Made by a program: the position numbers and the translations under genes
Assembly (NCBI GenBank): GCA_963717525.1
Contig: OY970343.1
Location: forward strand, 1,984,001-2,048,000
From: an uncultured Methanoregulaceae archaeon
Lineage (GTDB): Archaea; Halobacteriota; Methanomicrobia; Methanomicrobiales; Methanospirillaceae
DNA: 64,000 nucleotides
Direction of reading: 5' to 3'
The notes under the pieces: generated by a model
The model's database searches: none
What the model saw: the letters and a program-made list of their open reading frames with translations, nothing else
What the model was told of the DNA's origin: nothing
In this document: positions 1 to 9,356 of the stretch, piece by piece
Position numbering within the stretch: the first letter of the stretch is position 1
Layout of the letters: every line of letters begins with the position of its first letter

Positions 1-289
1 GATAATAGCTGCGCATACTCTTCAGTCTGTCAGCATATATACATCTGCACCGGCCCATACCTTTTTCCTCTCCTGTACCACGGCGTTGGCTCTCCGGCTT
101 TTCTGCCGTTAAACTGGTTCCGGGCCTCCTTTCCGGGCAAGGCACTCGCCCCCGGGACAATCCCGTGACCGGGACCCCCCGGTCCTCTACCATGTCAGGG
201 ATACCAGGTGGGTCCTGTACGCGAAACCTGGTGCACCGATCGAATCCCCGGGGAACAAAGCCTATCATCAGGAGAGACTTATTACATTT

Positions 290-700
290 ATGGAAATTTC
301 TGAAACCGGTAAGCCGGAAGACCGGATTGCAGCACTGGAAAAAAAGACCGCGGAGATGGAAGCGCTGGTCAAGGGACTGGTCGATGAGATGCTCGACTTC
401 AAGGCACTCGCCCAAGGGATGGCCAAAAAAGCCGGGGAACAACGCCAGCAGGAACCTGCACGGGGACATGTTGTGATAAGCGCCGCACCCCAGGCGCCAG
501 AGAGCCCTGCCGCATCCCCCTCCGTTGCAGCCCCGCAGGATAACCGCACGGTGATCCGCCCGAAGAGCGCATCCCAGCCGGAGGTTCCGGCAGAGCCCGA
601 GATGGTCCGGATCATGCAGACCGACGGCACCATGAAGATGGAAGTCCGTCGCGGGGACAAGAACCCCCGGGACTCCACGGGATCCGGTCGCCGCAAGTAA
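290..700 (+). CDS. hypothetical protein (N-terminal coiled coil, Pro/Ala-rich linker, MVRIMQTDGTMKME C-terminal block)
   Basis: 136-aa ORF with host-like codon usage, AGGAG upstream of the ATG and heptad pattern RIAALEKKTAEMEALVKGLVDEML. Confidence 0.7.
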   Translation: MEISETGKPEDRIAALEKKTAEMEALVKGLVDEMLDFKALAQGMAKKAGEQRQQEPARGHVVISAAPQAPESPAASPSVAAPQDNRTVIRPKSASQPEVPAEPEMVRIMQTDGTMKMEVRRGDKNPRDSTGSGRRK

Positions 701-809
701 CCTGCGCCGCTGACACGATCAGGCCCGGCACCGCCCGGGAAATTGCGATGGAGGGAAGGGGACCCACCCCCCACCCTTTCTTTTTTCAAGGGGGAGGATT
801 TTAAAAAAA

Positions 810-1904
810 TTATAAGGGAGGTTCCGTTTCAGCGGATCCGGGCATCTTCCCGGTCTTTGCAGAGGTGTAAAGATCCAGCGCTGCAATCCCGCCGACCGTT
901 GCCACCACAAACGCAACGATAAACACTGTGAGATAATAGAGGAGACCAAGAGCAATCCACGTGCCGGTGGGATGCGAGGTGACCATCCCGGGGGGCCAGG
1001 CCATCCACGGATCGTTATAGCCATGTGCTGCCTGGATGAGCAGGTACGTCAGGAACACACCGGATACGATAACTCCAAGGAAAACGGCGCAGGCAGCGAC
1101 CTCAACCCAGGTCTTTTTCATCATGGCAAACGATCCCACGACTGCCACCCTGATGGTCTTTTTCCCGAGAACGACAAAGGGCACGACAAACGGGGTCAGG
1201 ATGAACAGGAGCAGATTGATCGCCGAAAAGATCAGGGCCCACATGAACCCCATAGGATATATCCATAACAGCAGCGATCGTCCTCCATAACCCGGAACCT
1301 CGGTAAAGAGGTTCGGATCGAGCGTCAGGTTGAAGGGGAACTGGCCGAGAATGCTGGTAAGGAAAGGCCCGAAGATATAAAAATAACCCCAAATGCGGAA
1401 GAGCAGCATGCCTGCGAGTGCCAGAACTACAGACCACACAAAGAGTGTTTTCAGGTATTTTTTTGCCCCTGAAAGCTCCCCAAAAAACGAGGCAGAACCT
1501 TTCTTTGACGAGATGCTCATGACAAGGCCCGCCAGTAAAAACACCAGGCAGAACACAGTTGCGAGCTCGAGTAAAAAGTCCAGGACATAACTCACGATGA
1601 TACCAGGTTGCATGGCCCAGCCGATGTAGAAGAGTGCCGCTTGGCCGATGGTGTTTCCCGCCAGCACGAGCCCGGCAAGGAGCGTAAACCAGAGGAGCTG
1701 CCGGTTCCGCACCAGCGTCTTCGTGCCTGACAGGGCGGCACCGATTCCCCACCGGATCGTCCCCGATCCTCCGCCCCCGCCATCCGGGCTGCCCTCGTGG
1801 GCGGGTTCTGGCAGGTGAACACAATCTGCCTGCGAGGCGTGGACCAGCGGGGGTTTCCGGCACAGGCCGGACCAGTGTTCAGCGATGTCCGACACCCGGG
1901 TCAT
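810..1904 (-). CDS. multi-pass membrane protein (DUF6159-like) with a short N-terminal Trp/Cys motif (DUF1673-like)
   Basis: About 7 hydrophobic segments; N-terminal IAEHWSGLCRKPP; overlaps the stop of the upstream HTH gene (ATGA); GGAGAGGG upstream. Confidence 0.7.
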   Translation of the reverse strand: MTRVSDIAEHWSGLCRKPPLVHASQADCVHLPEPAHEGSPDGGGGGSGTIRWGIGAALSGTKTLVRNRQLLWFTLLAGLVLAGNTIGQAALFYIGWAMQPGIIVSYVLDFLLELATVFCLVFLLAGLVMSISSKKGSASFFGELSGAKKYLKTLFVWSVVLALAGMLLFRIWGYFYIFGPFLTSILGQFPFNLTLDPNLFTEVPGYGGRSLLLWIYPMGFMWALIFSAINLLLFILTPFVVPFVVLGKKTIRVAVVGSFAMMKKTWVEVAACAVFLGVIVSGVFLTYLLIQAAHGYNDPWMAWPPGMVTSHPTGTWIALGLLYYLTVFIVAFVVATVGGIAALDLYTSAKTGKMPGSAETEPPL

Positions 1905-2350
1905 GGTACCCTCTCCCTGATCTTCGTGAGTAATTCTTCAGCCATTTTTGTCGGGTCGGCAGTTTTCTCAATTGTGATCCCGAGTTCTGAAGCGAAATCC
2001 CAGATGAATTCGATACACCGGGTGAATTCATCGCAGGCATGACAGTCGCCGTCATGCTCGTACCAGACCTGCATGCCGTGCTTTTCCGAGACGAAGATAT
2101 AGGCATTGGTCTGGAACGGGATGGACCGCCCGGACAGGACGCCCTGTTCCACATCGATCTTCTCAACCTGGATCCGGTTTGCGTAGGCCATCTCCCGGAG
2201 CGAGGCATCGATCTTCTCGTCCATCGCGCGGAGTGCCTGCGATACACCCTGCCGGGTAATCCCGAGAAGGTTCGCTATTGAGATATTTGACATCCCGCTG
2301 CGCCGCATCTTCCAGAACCCGAACTGTTTCTCATTCGTCGGAAGGAACAT
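1901..2350 (-). CDS. HTH transcriptional regulator with a C-terminal Cys/His cluster
   Basis: HTH SNISIANLLGITRQGVSQAL; C-terminal WYEHDGDCHACDEFTRC; start placed at ATG 2350, about 25-30 nt below a TATA box. Confidence 0.75.
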   Translation of the reverse strand: MFLPTNEKQFGFWKMRRSGMSNISIANLLGITRQGVSQALRAMDEKIDASLREMAYANRIQVEKIDVEQGVLSGRSIPFQTNAYIFVSEKHGMQVWYEHDGDCHACDEFTRCIEFIWDFASELGITIEKTADPTKMAEELLTKIRERVP

Positions 2351-2351
2351 A

Positions 2352-2381
2352 TGTAAATGTATGGACATTTACAATATAAAA
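2352..2381 (-). promoter_or_regulatory. TATA box plus perfect palindromic operator TGTAAATGT-N4-ACATTTACA
   Basis: 9-bp perfect inverted repeat at 2352-2373 directly between TTTTATAT (minus strand, 2374-2381) and the HTH start codon. Confidence 0.65.
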
Positions 2382-2552
2382 GTTATGTATGGTTGTCGGC
2401 CGAGATCTTATACCCGCGGATTTCTATCCTGTCAATTCAAACGATTGGGATGAATCCTCACCGTCAGGATCCCATATATCCGACTGATATCGCACCGGGA
2501 CCGGAACCCCCGGGACAACCCGGAAAGTAACTGGAATACCTTTCTGCCAGTA

Positions 2553-3884
2553 TCATGCCGGTCCGAACCGGTACGCTCCTTTCGGCACGTTCATTTCGAA
2601 ACGTGCCCCTTTCCCGGGCTCCCCGTTCTCCGTAATGGTGATGCCGGTTATCGAAAGGATCTCGCTGGAGAGGAAGAGGCCCAGTCCGGTATGCTTACCG
2701 AACCCCCGCTCGAACAGATGCGTTTTATCCCCTTTAATAATCCCGACACCATCATCCTCGCAGATAAGGACGAGCCCTTTTTCGGTCTCATGGGAGGAGA
2801 TGGAGATCTTCGTCATGGTATCTCCGCCATGCCTGAGGGCATTTTCGATCAGGTTATAGAAGACCTTCTCGAACAATGGATCTGCATAAATTGCAAGATC
2901 CGACCGGTCAAGGTCCAACCGCACCTCCCGCATGGGCATGGCCGCAACTGCCCGCCGGATACATTCATTGACATTCTGCCAGACAGGCGCCGTTGTTCCC
3001 ATATCCTCGTAGGCCTTCGTGAAGTCGATCTGGAGCCCGATGGTTTCAGCAATACTCATCTCTTTGTCAAGGTACTCCGAGATGACCGGTATACTACCCT
3101 GTTTTTCTTTTGAGAGTTCAAGATATCCTGAAAGGGCGATGAGCTGGTTCTTGATATCGTGCCGGGTTATGGATGAGAGGATGGTGAGTTTTTTATTTAC
3201 CCGGGAGAGTGCAGCCTCGCTTTCCCGGAGCTCGGTCTGGGTCCGGGCCATATTGAGTAACAGGAAGAAAACCGTGGCGACGATATCCATGAGGATCGTG
3301 ACGATAAAGAAGATTGAATTTACGGGATCCGGGTTTGAAAGCGAGGTATCCCAGGGGGTGATAATCGCTACAACGATTATCGCGGTCCAAAAAAGGGCCG
3401 TGACCAGGAGGGCCATAGCAAAGCCGTACCTGAGCGACCGGGTTTCCTGTTCCCGGAACCGCATCGCGATGAGGGAGGTCGCAACAAAGCAGGGAACAAT
3501 GAGAAGCCCTATGATCACGCCACGGATGACCGCCGAATCGACACGATACGTAAACCAGAAAAAAAAGAGCGCGGATGGAATGAGGGTGCTGTAGATGATC
3601 AGGGGGAGCGCCCTTGACCGGAAATATTTCCCGGTACTGTCAAGCCGCATCATGACCGAGAGCGCTATTAAAAGATCTGCAACAATTGCGGAGAGAAAAA
3701 CGGGCACGGATCCACTGAGTATAAACAGGAAATACCCGCAGGAGGTGACGAGCAGGGAAAGCATCCATGTCTTGAACCCGTTATAGGTCTTCTGGGTCTT
3801 CCAGAAGGAAAAAAGCAGGAGCGTGAGAAAAACGTTAACGAGGAAAAGAATCAGAAAAAGAGTTTTTATATCGGGGATCCACAT
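2553..3884 (-). CDS. membrane-bound sensor histidine kinase
   Basis: About 7 N-terminal TM helices; H-box SITRHDIKNQL; N-box FYNLIENALRHG; G1 EDDGVGI; G2 GLGL. Confidence 0.92.
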   Translation of the reverse strand: MWIPDIKTLFLILFLVNVFLTLLLFSFWKTQKTYNGFKTWMLSLLVTSCGYFLFILSGSVPVFLSAIVADLLIALSVMMRLDSTGKYFRSRALPLIIYSTLIPSALFFFWFTYRVDSAVIRGVIIGLLIVPCFVATSLIAMRFREQETRSLRYGFAMALLVTALFWTAIIVVAIITPWDTSLSNPDPVNSIFFIVTILMDIVATVFFLLLNMARTQTELRESEAALSRVNKKLTILSSITRHDIKNQLIALSGYLELSKEKQGSIPVISEYLDKEMSIAETIGLQIDFTKAYEDMGTTAPVWQNVNECIRRAVAAMPMREVRLDLDRSDLAIYADPLFEKVFYNLIENALRHGGDTMTKISISSHETEKGLVLICEDDGVGIIKGDKTHLFERGFGKHTGLGLFLSSEILSITGITITENGEPGKGARFEMNVPKGAYRFGPA

Positions 3885-4025
3885 GGTCTTAAACTCCGCC
3901 CGGTGTTACCCCGCCGGACACTAATGATATGGTAATATGTGGAGAATGTTTTCTTCCTGTTATTATGAACATTCGTAATGTAGAGATCCGACCAATTCCT
4001 GCTCTGTATTGCCCGCTCAAAAAAG

Positions 4026-4315
4026 TGTTGGGTGGGGAGGGGGTGATCCCTACCCCCCCTGCCTTCTTTTTTTCAAGGGGGGTCACCCCCCCACCCATAT
4101 GCCGGAGCGCGTGGGGGGTACCCCCTCTCCATTCCGGCCCGGTCCGGCCCACAGCCACATCCCCAAAACCGGAGCGAGCGGAAACCCTCCGTCGGAGATT
4201 CCACGCGAACAACAGGATCCGGCCATGCAGAAAAGGTGCCGGATGTGGACATGGGGGGGAGGGGGGTACCCTCCCCCCCATGTGGCTGAGCGGGTGGGGG
4301 GTAGACCCCCACTCT
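4026..4315. repeat. cluster of G/C-run intergenic palindromic repeats
   Basis: Perfect 15-bp stem ACATGGGGGGGAGGG/CCCTCCCCCCCATGT (4249-4283); GTGGGGGGTACCC motifs at 4111 and 4942; TTTTTTCAAGGGGG shared with about 782-794. Confidence 0.6.
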
Positions 4316-4430
4316 GGTGGTGTAAAGTGGCATCGTGTCTAAAAACAGAAAACATTTGCAAAGGTTTGATTCTGTTCGCCTCTCTAAGATCGTATAAATA
4401 TAAAATGAAAAATAATTGAGAGGTTAGCTT

Positions 4431-4826
4431 ATGGAAAAAACAACAAAGAGAACAACTCCCCATCAACAAAAGCCCGACCAGGGCACGGACAAAGCTGACG
4501 GGGAAAGCGCAGTGCTCGCGAAGATTGCCGCGATGCCTGATCCGTATCGCGCCATGGGCGAGCGGCTCCATGTTATCATCAAAACCAGTGCGCCCGTCCT
4601 CTCGCCGAAAATCTGGTATGGGATGCCTGCTTATGCCAGGGACGGCAATGTCATCTGTTTCTTTCGCGACGCTCAGACATTCAAAGAGAGATACATGACG
4701 CTCGGCTTCAGCGACAAAGCGAACCTCGACGAAGGCGCAATGTGGCCGACCGCCTTTGCGCTGAAGGAGTTGACTGCCGCCGAAGAGGCAAGGATCGGCG
4801 CACTCGTGAAGAAAGCGGTAAGCTGA
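4431..4826 (+). CDS. DUF1801 (YdhG-like) domain protein
   Basis: Motifs [41 protein letters not shown]-rich upstream region and GAGG RBS. Confidence 0.85.
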   Translation: MEKTTKRTTPHQQKPDQGTDKADGESAVLAKIAAMPDPYRAMGERLHVIIKTSAPVLSPKIWYGMPAYARDGNVICFFRDAQTFKERYMTLGFSDKANLDEGAMWPTAFALKELTAAEEARIGALVKKAVS

Positions 4827-5088
4827 GGACTCAGGCTCGCTTCTGCCCGGAAAAGAGAGGTGCGAACTTACAGATCAGTACGAAGGGGATCGCCTTCAAC
4901 CCGTCATTTTTTTTCAAGTGAAGCATCCTAAAAAAACCGGTGTGGGGGGTACCCTCTCCCGTCCCATTCGGCCTTCAATTGGGTGGGATATTTTCATGGA
5001 TATGGTGAAGGTGTGGTATAAGCCGTTTTAATTTGAGAGGGAAGTCAGTTTATTAATAAAACACAGGATATAATTGATTGGTTCTTCT

Positions 5089-6099
5089 ATGGAACAAGAT
5101 CATTTACAATTGAATAATTTTGAAAATCTTAATCCCACCGAAAAAAGATTTTATCTCGATTCATTAGCGAGAGTATTTTCAAGACGTGTGATAGTTGAGG
5201 AAAAAACCTCCTTTTTTCCAAATCTTAAGGATGAGGTTATCCGAATTAATGAGGGAATCCCTGAAGATTTTACCCTCCCCAATACTGGACCGAAATATGG
5301 CGTTTCACCAATAACATGGATTCCTTGTGCCAAGTATAAAATTCTCATAAAAAACGGTTTTATATTGTCGGATACTGAGCAAAGAGTATGGTTTGAAATT
5401 ATCTTTGATAAAACAATTGAAAAAGACCAAAAGGATGTGATGAAATCCGTAATTCAAGATCCCAAGAGTGTAGTACTATCGTGTCTGGTAATTCCCGAAT
5501 ATAATAATTTTAAAATTGGTTTTCATTTTTACGTTTTGCGTGATGATAACGGTTGGAAAAAAATTAAGGATTATTACTACTACGGTTTTAAAAATTCACA
5601 CATGGATAACCAGGATTCCGGTAATACGGGCCTCATAGGATTTGATGATTTATCTTCACCAGAAAAGGGATTGCTCGGTGAATCATTGGGTCATATTTTT
5701 GCACGACGTTTATTAATTGAAAATAAGACGCATTTTTTCCCACTCTTCGAAAAGGAGGTTATCAGGATAGAGAAGTTGAGATATTATACTGTATCTCAGT
5801 CATGGGAGCCTGACATATCATTTCAGATTTTAACTAATGTTGATCCAATCGATTTGACACTGGAGTTAATTCCTAAAAAACATGTTTGCGTTGAGGTAAA
5901 AACTGGAAGAAATGCACGTTTTGAAAGATTTCAAAAAGATGACATGCAAAATTCTAGTTTGAAGTCAAATTTAATTATTTTATGTTGTAACATTTTACCC
6001 GATTCATCCAATTCGAAATTAAATGTACTGTTTCAGCAAGTGCAATACAAATCCGCTTGGGCAACGGTAGGTCAATATTATTACAAGGATTTCTTGTGA
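5089..6099 (+). CDS. AT-rich hypothetical protein with two tandem PD-(D/E)xK-like domains
   Basis: Long open frame in an AT-rich segment; internal duplication; second repeat has KGLLGE...WEPD...VEVKTG...Q. Confidence 0.7.
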   Translation: MEQDHLQLNNFENLNPTEKRFYLDSLARVFSRRVIVEEKTSFFPNLKDEVIRINEGIPEDFTLPNTGPKYGVSPITWIPCAKYKILIKNGFILSDTEQRVWFEIIFDKTIEKDQKDVMKSVIQDPKSVVLSCLVIPEYNNFKIGFHFYVLRDDNGWKKIKDYYYYGFKNSHMDNQDSGNTGLIGFDDLSSPEKGLLGESLGHIFARRLLIENKTHFFPLFEKEVIRIEKLRYYTVSQSWEPDISFQILTNVDPIDLTLELIPKKHVCVEVKTGRNARFERFQKDDMQNSSLKSNLIILCCNILPDSSNSKLNVLFQQVQYKSAWATVGQYYYKDFL

Positions 6100-6167
6100 T
6101 TCTTTATAAAATACATTTCGTTGTTTATTAGTGGCGATTGCAGCATTACCTTAAAAAAGTGAGACTT

Positions 6168-6557
6168 TTATTCCTTCTTTTCCGCAGCCGCCGGTGCCGG
6201 TTCTTTCTTCTTTGGCCCTGCCACCGGTACAATGTACAACCCATGGTGGGCGGTCATCGCTGCCGAATACTGGGTGTCCATCGCGAGGCACTTCGTGGGG
6301 CAGACCTCGACACAGCAGGCGCAGACAATGCAGCGCAGCCGGTCGATCTGCCAGGTCTTCTCCTTGACCTCCACGCAGATAGCCTGCGTCGGGCACTTGC
6401 GCTGGCATAACCGGCAGGTGATGCAGCCGTCCGGGTTGATGGTCACATGCCCCCGGGAGAGGCTCGTCTTCTTCGCCGGCTTTGCCGGGTACATCAGGGT
6501 TGCCGGGCGGGAGAACAGGCTCTTGAGCATCGTCTTTGTCATCTCAAAGTAGGTCAT
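6168..6557 (-). CDS. echF: Ech hydrogenase subunit F (2x[4Fe-4S])
   Basis: CITCRLCQRKCP and CIVCACCVEVCP motifs; last gene of the ech operon. Confidence 0.92.
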   Translation of the reverse strand: MTYFEMTKTMLKSLFSRPATLMYPAKPAKKTSLSRGHVTINPDGCITCRLCQRKCPTQAICVEVKEKTWQIDRLRCIVCACCVEVCPTKCLAMDTQYSAAMTAHHGLYIVPVAGPKKKEPAPAAAEKKE

Positions 6558-6563
6558 GCCTGT

Positions 6564-7643
6564 TCACCTCTCCGAACAGCCGACACAGGGATCGATCGAG
6601 AGCACGATCACCGGTACGTCCGCCAGTTCGCATCCCTTGAGGAGGGTAACGAGCGGCGGGATGTTCGTGAACGTCGGTGTCCTCACCCGGTGGCGGACGA
6701 GGTTCCGCTTGCCGTTCCCCTTGATGTAGTGGACGACCTCGCCCCGGGGCTGCTCCGCACGGGAGAAGTACTCGCCATCGGGAGCGCCGGTCACCTTCAC
6801 TTCGACCGGTCCCTCGGGGATCTTCTTCACGCACTGCTCGATGATATCGACCGAGGTAAAGAGCTCCTTTGCCCGCACCGCACACCGGGCGTAGCAGTCC
6901 CCGGACTGCTCCACGACGGGCCTGAAGTTGATCTTCCCGTAGGCTGCGTAGCCGGTCTGGCGCAGGTCGATCCCGATCCCGCTCCCCCGGGCCGTGGGGC
7001 CGACCGCACCGAGGGTGTAGGCATCCCCTTTCTGGAGGATCCCGACGCCTTTAAGCCGGTGGCTGACGGAGGCGTCGTGGAGGAACACTTTTGTCAGGTC
7101 GCGGAACGCAGGCTCCATTGCCTTGAGCCCCTTTACCATCTCGTCCAGTTTCTCCGGCGCAATGTCCCGCCGGACACCCCCGACCTTGCAGACACCCTGG
7201 ATCACCCGGCCGCCCGTGGTCGCTTCCATATCGTCGAGGACGTGCTCGCGGAGTTTCCACGCGTTCATGAACAGGTTCTCAAAGCCCATCCCGTCCGCAA
7301 AAAGTCCCAGCCAGAGGAGGTGGGAGTGCAGCCTCGAATACTCCGACCAGATGGTCCGGAGGTACTGGGCACGCTCGGGCACTTCGACCTTCATAATCTG
7401 CTCGATGCATTCCGCATACGTGTTGCTGTGGATGTAGCTGCAGATCCCGCAGATGCGTTCCGCGACGTAGATGTACTCGGGGTATTCGCGTTTCTCCACG
7501 AGCTTTTCAAGACCACGGTGGACGTATCCGATCGAGGGGATCGCGTCCACCACCCGCTCGTCTTCAAGCACGAGGTCGAGGTGGATCGGCTCCGGCAGCA
7601 CCGGATGCTGGGGCCCGAACGGCACGGTTATTTGTTTTGACAT
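6564..7643 (-). CDS. echE: Ech hydrogenase large [NiFe] subunit E
   Basis: Starts MSKQITVPFGPQHP; L1 ERICGIC; L2 DPCVGCSER with no C-terminal extension. Confidence 0.95.
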   Translation of the reverse strand: MSKQITVPFGPQHPVLPEPIHLDLVLEDERVVDAIPSIGYVHRGLEKLVEKREYPEYIYVAERICGICSYIHSNTYAECIEQIMKVEVPERAQYLRTIWSEYSRLHSHLLWLGLFADGMGFENLFMNAWKLREHVLDDMEATTGGRVIQGVCKVGGVRRDIAPEKLDEMVKGLKAMEPAFRDLTKVFLHDASVSHRLKGVGILQKGDAYTLGAVGPTARGSGIGIDLRQTGYAAYGKINFRPVVEQSGDCYARCAVRAKELFTSVDIIEQCVKKIPEGPVEVKVTGAPDGEYFSRAEQPRGEVVHYIKGNGKRNLVRHRVRTPTFTNIPPLVTLLKGCELADVPVIVLSIDPCVGCSER

Positions 7644-8008
7644 GAGGTGTCCTCCTTCGTGACGGTGACCGTGAAAGGCTGTTTGATCGTGGTCCGGTAG
7701 AACCGGCCGCCAAAATCGATGTTCATCCCGGAAACCGTGATGCCGAACAGGTCGTGGATCTCGTTTTCGTAGACGAATGCCCCGAAGAATACGCCGCTCA
7801 CGCTGGGGATGACCGTGTCCTGCTTTACGGTGATGCGCAGGTTGGTGAGCACGAAGTCCTTGTCGAATACGTAGTTGATCTCGAAGTCGTCGCCTAGTTG
7901 CGTGCAGCCGATCTGGACGAGCCGGTAACCGTCCTTCTTCATCTGGTCGGTCCGGGAGACCAGTTCCCCGATACCGATTAGGATAGTGGTCTGCTGATCG
8001 AGGGTCAT
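7628..8008 (-). CDS. echD: Ech hydrogenase subunit D (NuoC-like)
   Basis: GYRLVQIGCT, AFVYENEIHDLFGI; operon position. Confidence 0.9.
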   Translation of the reverse strand: MTLDQQTTILIGIGELVSRTDQMKKDGYRLVQIGCTQLGDDFEINYVFDKDFVLTNLRITVKQDTVIPSVSGVFFGAFVYENEIHDLFGITVSGMNIDFGGRFYRTTIKQPFTVTVTKEDTSCQNK

Positions 8009-8496
8009 TGCTGCACCTCCGCAGGTTTTTCCCCGGTGACAGCCGGGGCGGGCTGCTCCCGCGGGACGCCCGACACCATGGCCGTCCGTTTCTCCTCAAG
8101 GATCCCCAGCGCCTTCACAATCCCGTCGATGATGGACTCGGGCCGGGCGGCGCAGCCGGGCACGTAGACGTCCACCGGGATGGTCGTATCGATCCCGCCC
8201 GCGACGTTGTAGCACTCCCGGAAGATGCCCCCCGAGGTGGCACAGATACCGATGGCCACGACCACCTTCGGGTCCGGCATCTGGTCGTAGATGTTCTTGA
8301 TCACGTACTTGTTCTGTTCGTTCACCGTGCCCGTCACGACAAAGATATCCGCGTGCTTGGGGTTGCCGGTGTTGATGATCCCGAAGCGCTCCACGTCGTA
8401 CATGGGGGTCAGGCAGGCAAGGATCTCGATATCGCAGCCGTTGCAGCTCGATGCGTCGTAGTGGATGATCCATGGAGATTTTTTCAGGTATGCCAT
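8005..8496 (-). CDS. echC: Ech hydrogenase small subunit C (NuoB-like)
   Basis: SSCNGCDIE, GICATSGG, VPGCAARP; start MAYLKKSPW. Confidence 0.95.
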   Translation of the reverse strand: MAYLKKSPWIIHYDASSCNGCDIEILACLTPMYDVERFGIINTGNPKHADIFVVTGTVNEQNKYVIKNIYDQMPDPKVVVAIGICATSGGIFRECYNVAGGIDTTIPVDVYVPGCAARPESIIDGIVKALGILEEKRTAMVSGVPREQPAPAVTGEKPAEVQQ

Positions 8497-8498
8497 GA

Positions 8499-9356
8499 TC
8501 AGATCCTCCCGAGGAAGTACAGGATCGCGATATTGCCCGCGCCAAGGATGAGGGCAACCGCCCATGAGCTCTTCATGGCAAGCTGCCACTTCACCCTCGC
8601 GTTGGTGTTGTCTATTGCAAGTTCGAGCAGGTAGACGATGATGATTGCGATGATACCAAGGATCCAGCTCGCTGCAAAGAAGAGGAAGACAAAGGCGAGC
8701 AGGAAGACCACCTCGTACCAGTGCGCCACCTCGATAAAGCCGAGGTTCGGGCCTGAGAACTCGGTCATCACGCCTTTGACGATCTCCTGGTGGGCGTGGT
8801 GCGAGGTCGAGATATCAAATGGCGACTTACGCAGCTTGATCGTCAGGATGTAGACAAAGCCCAGAAAGACGCCCGGCAGGAGGATGACAAGAAGCGTCGG
8901 GAACCCGGCAATATCGCTGACGTTGAAGGACTGTGTCGCCACGTACATCCCGACCGCCGCAAGGAGGAGCATGGGCTCGTAGGCCATGATCTGGATCAGC
9001 TCCCGTTCCGCCCCGATATGGCTGTAGGGGGAGTTCGCCGTGTAGGCCCCGAGAACAAGGAAGACCTCGGCAAGCGTGAGCGCAAAGACCACTAAGAGGA
9101 GGTTTCCGCCCGCAAAGAAGAGCGCTCCCGAAAAGATTGCAAAGACAAAGTAACTGATCACGTAGAAGCGCTGGGTCTCGTTCACCACGGCGCCCTCCTT
9201 CTCGAAGAGCTTGCCCACATCGTAGAACGGCTGGAAGATCGAGGGACCGACCCGGCCCTGCATGTGGGCAGTGACCTTGCGGTCGATACCGGCAATAAGG
9301 CCGCCGATGACCGGCGCAAGCAGGATATACACAACAGCCCAGAGAAGGGAGATCAT
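8499..9356 (-). CDS. echB: Ech hydrogenase membrane subunit B (NuoH-like)
   Basis: DRKVTAHMQGRVGP, KSPFDISTSHHAHQE. Confidence 0.93.
   Translation of the reverse strand: MISLLWAVVYILLAPVIGGLIAGIDRKVTAHMQGRVGPSIFQPFYDVGKLFEKEGAVVNETQRFYVISYFVFAIFSGALFFAGGNLLLVVFALTLAEVFLVLGAYTANSPYSHIGAERELIQIMAYEPMLLLAAVGMYVATQSFNVSDIAGFPTLLVILLPGVFLGFVYILTIKLRKSPFDISTSHHAHQEIVKGVMTEFSGPNLGFIEVAHWYEVVFLLAFVFLFFAASWILGIIAIIIVYLLELAIDNTNARVKWQLAMKSSWAVALILGAGNIAILYFLGRI

Noticed and set aside
3889..4420. Several overlapping ORFs of 86-162 aa
   Set aside because: Gly/Pro-rich translations of the G/C-run repeats, with no coding signature
7644..8099. N-terminal extension of EchE in the ORF track
   Set aside because: Overlaps echD in another frame; the true start MSKQ at 7643 has a GGAGG RBS
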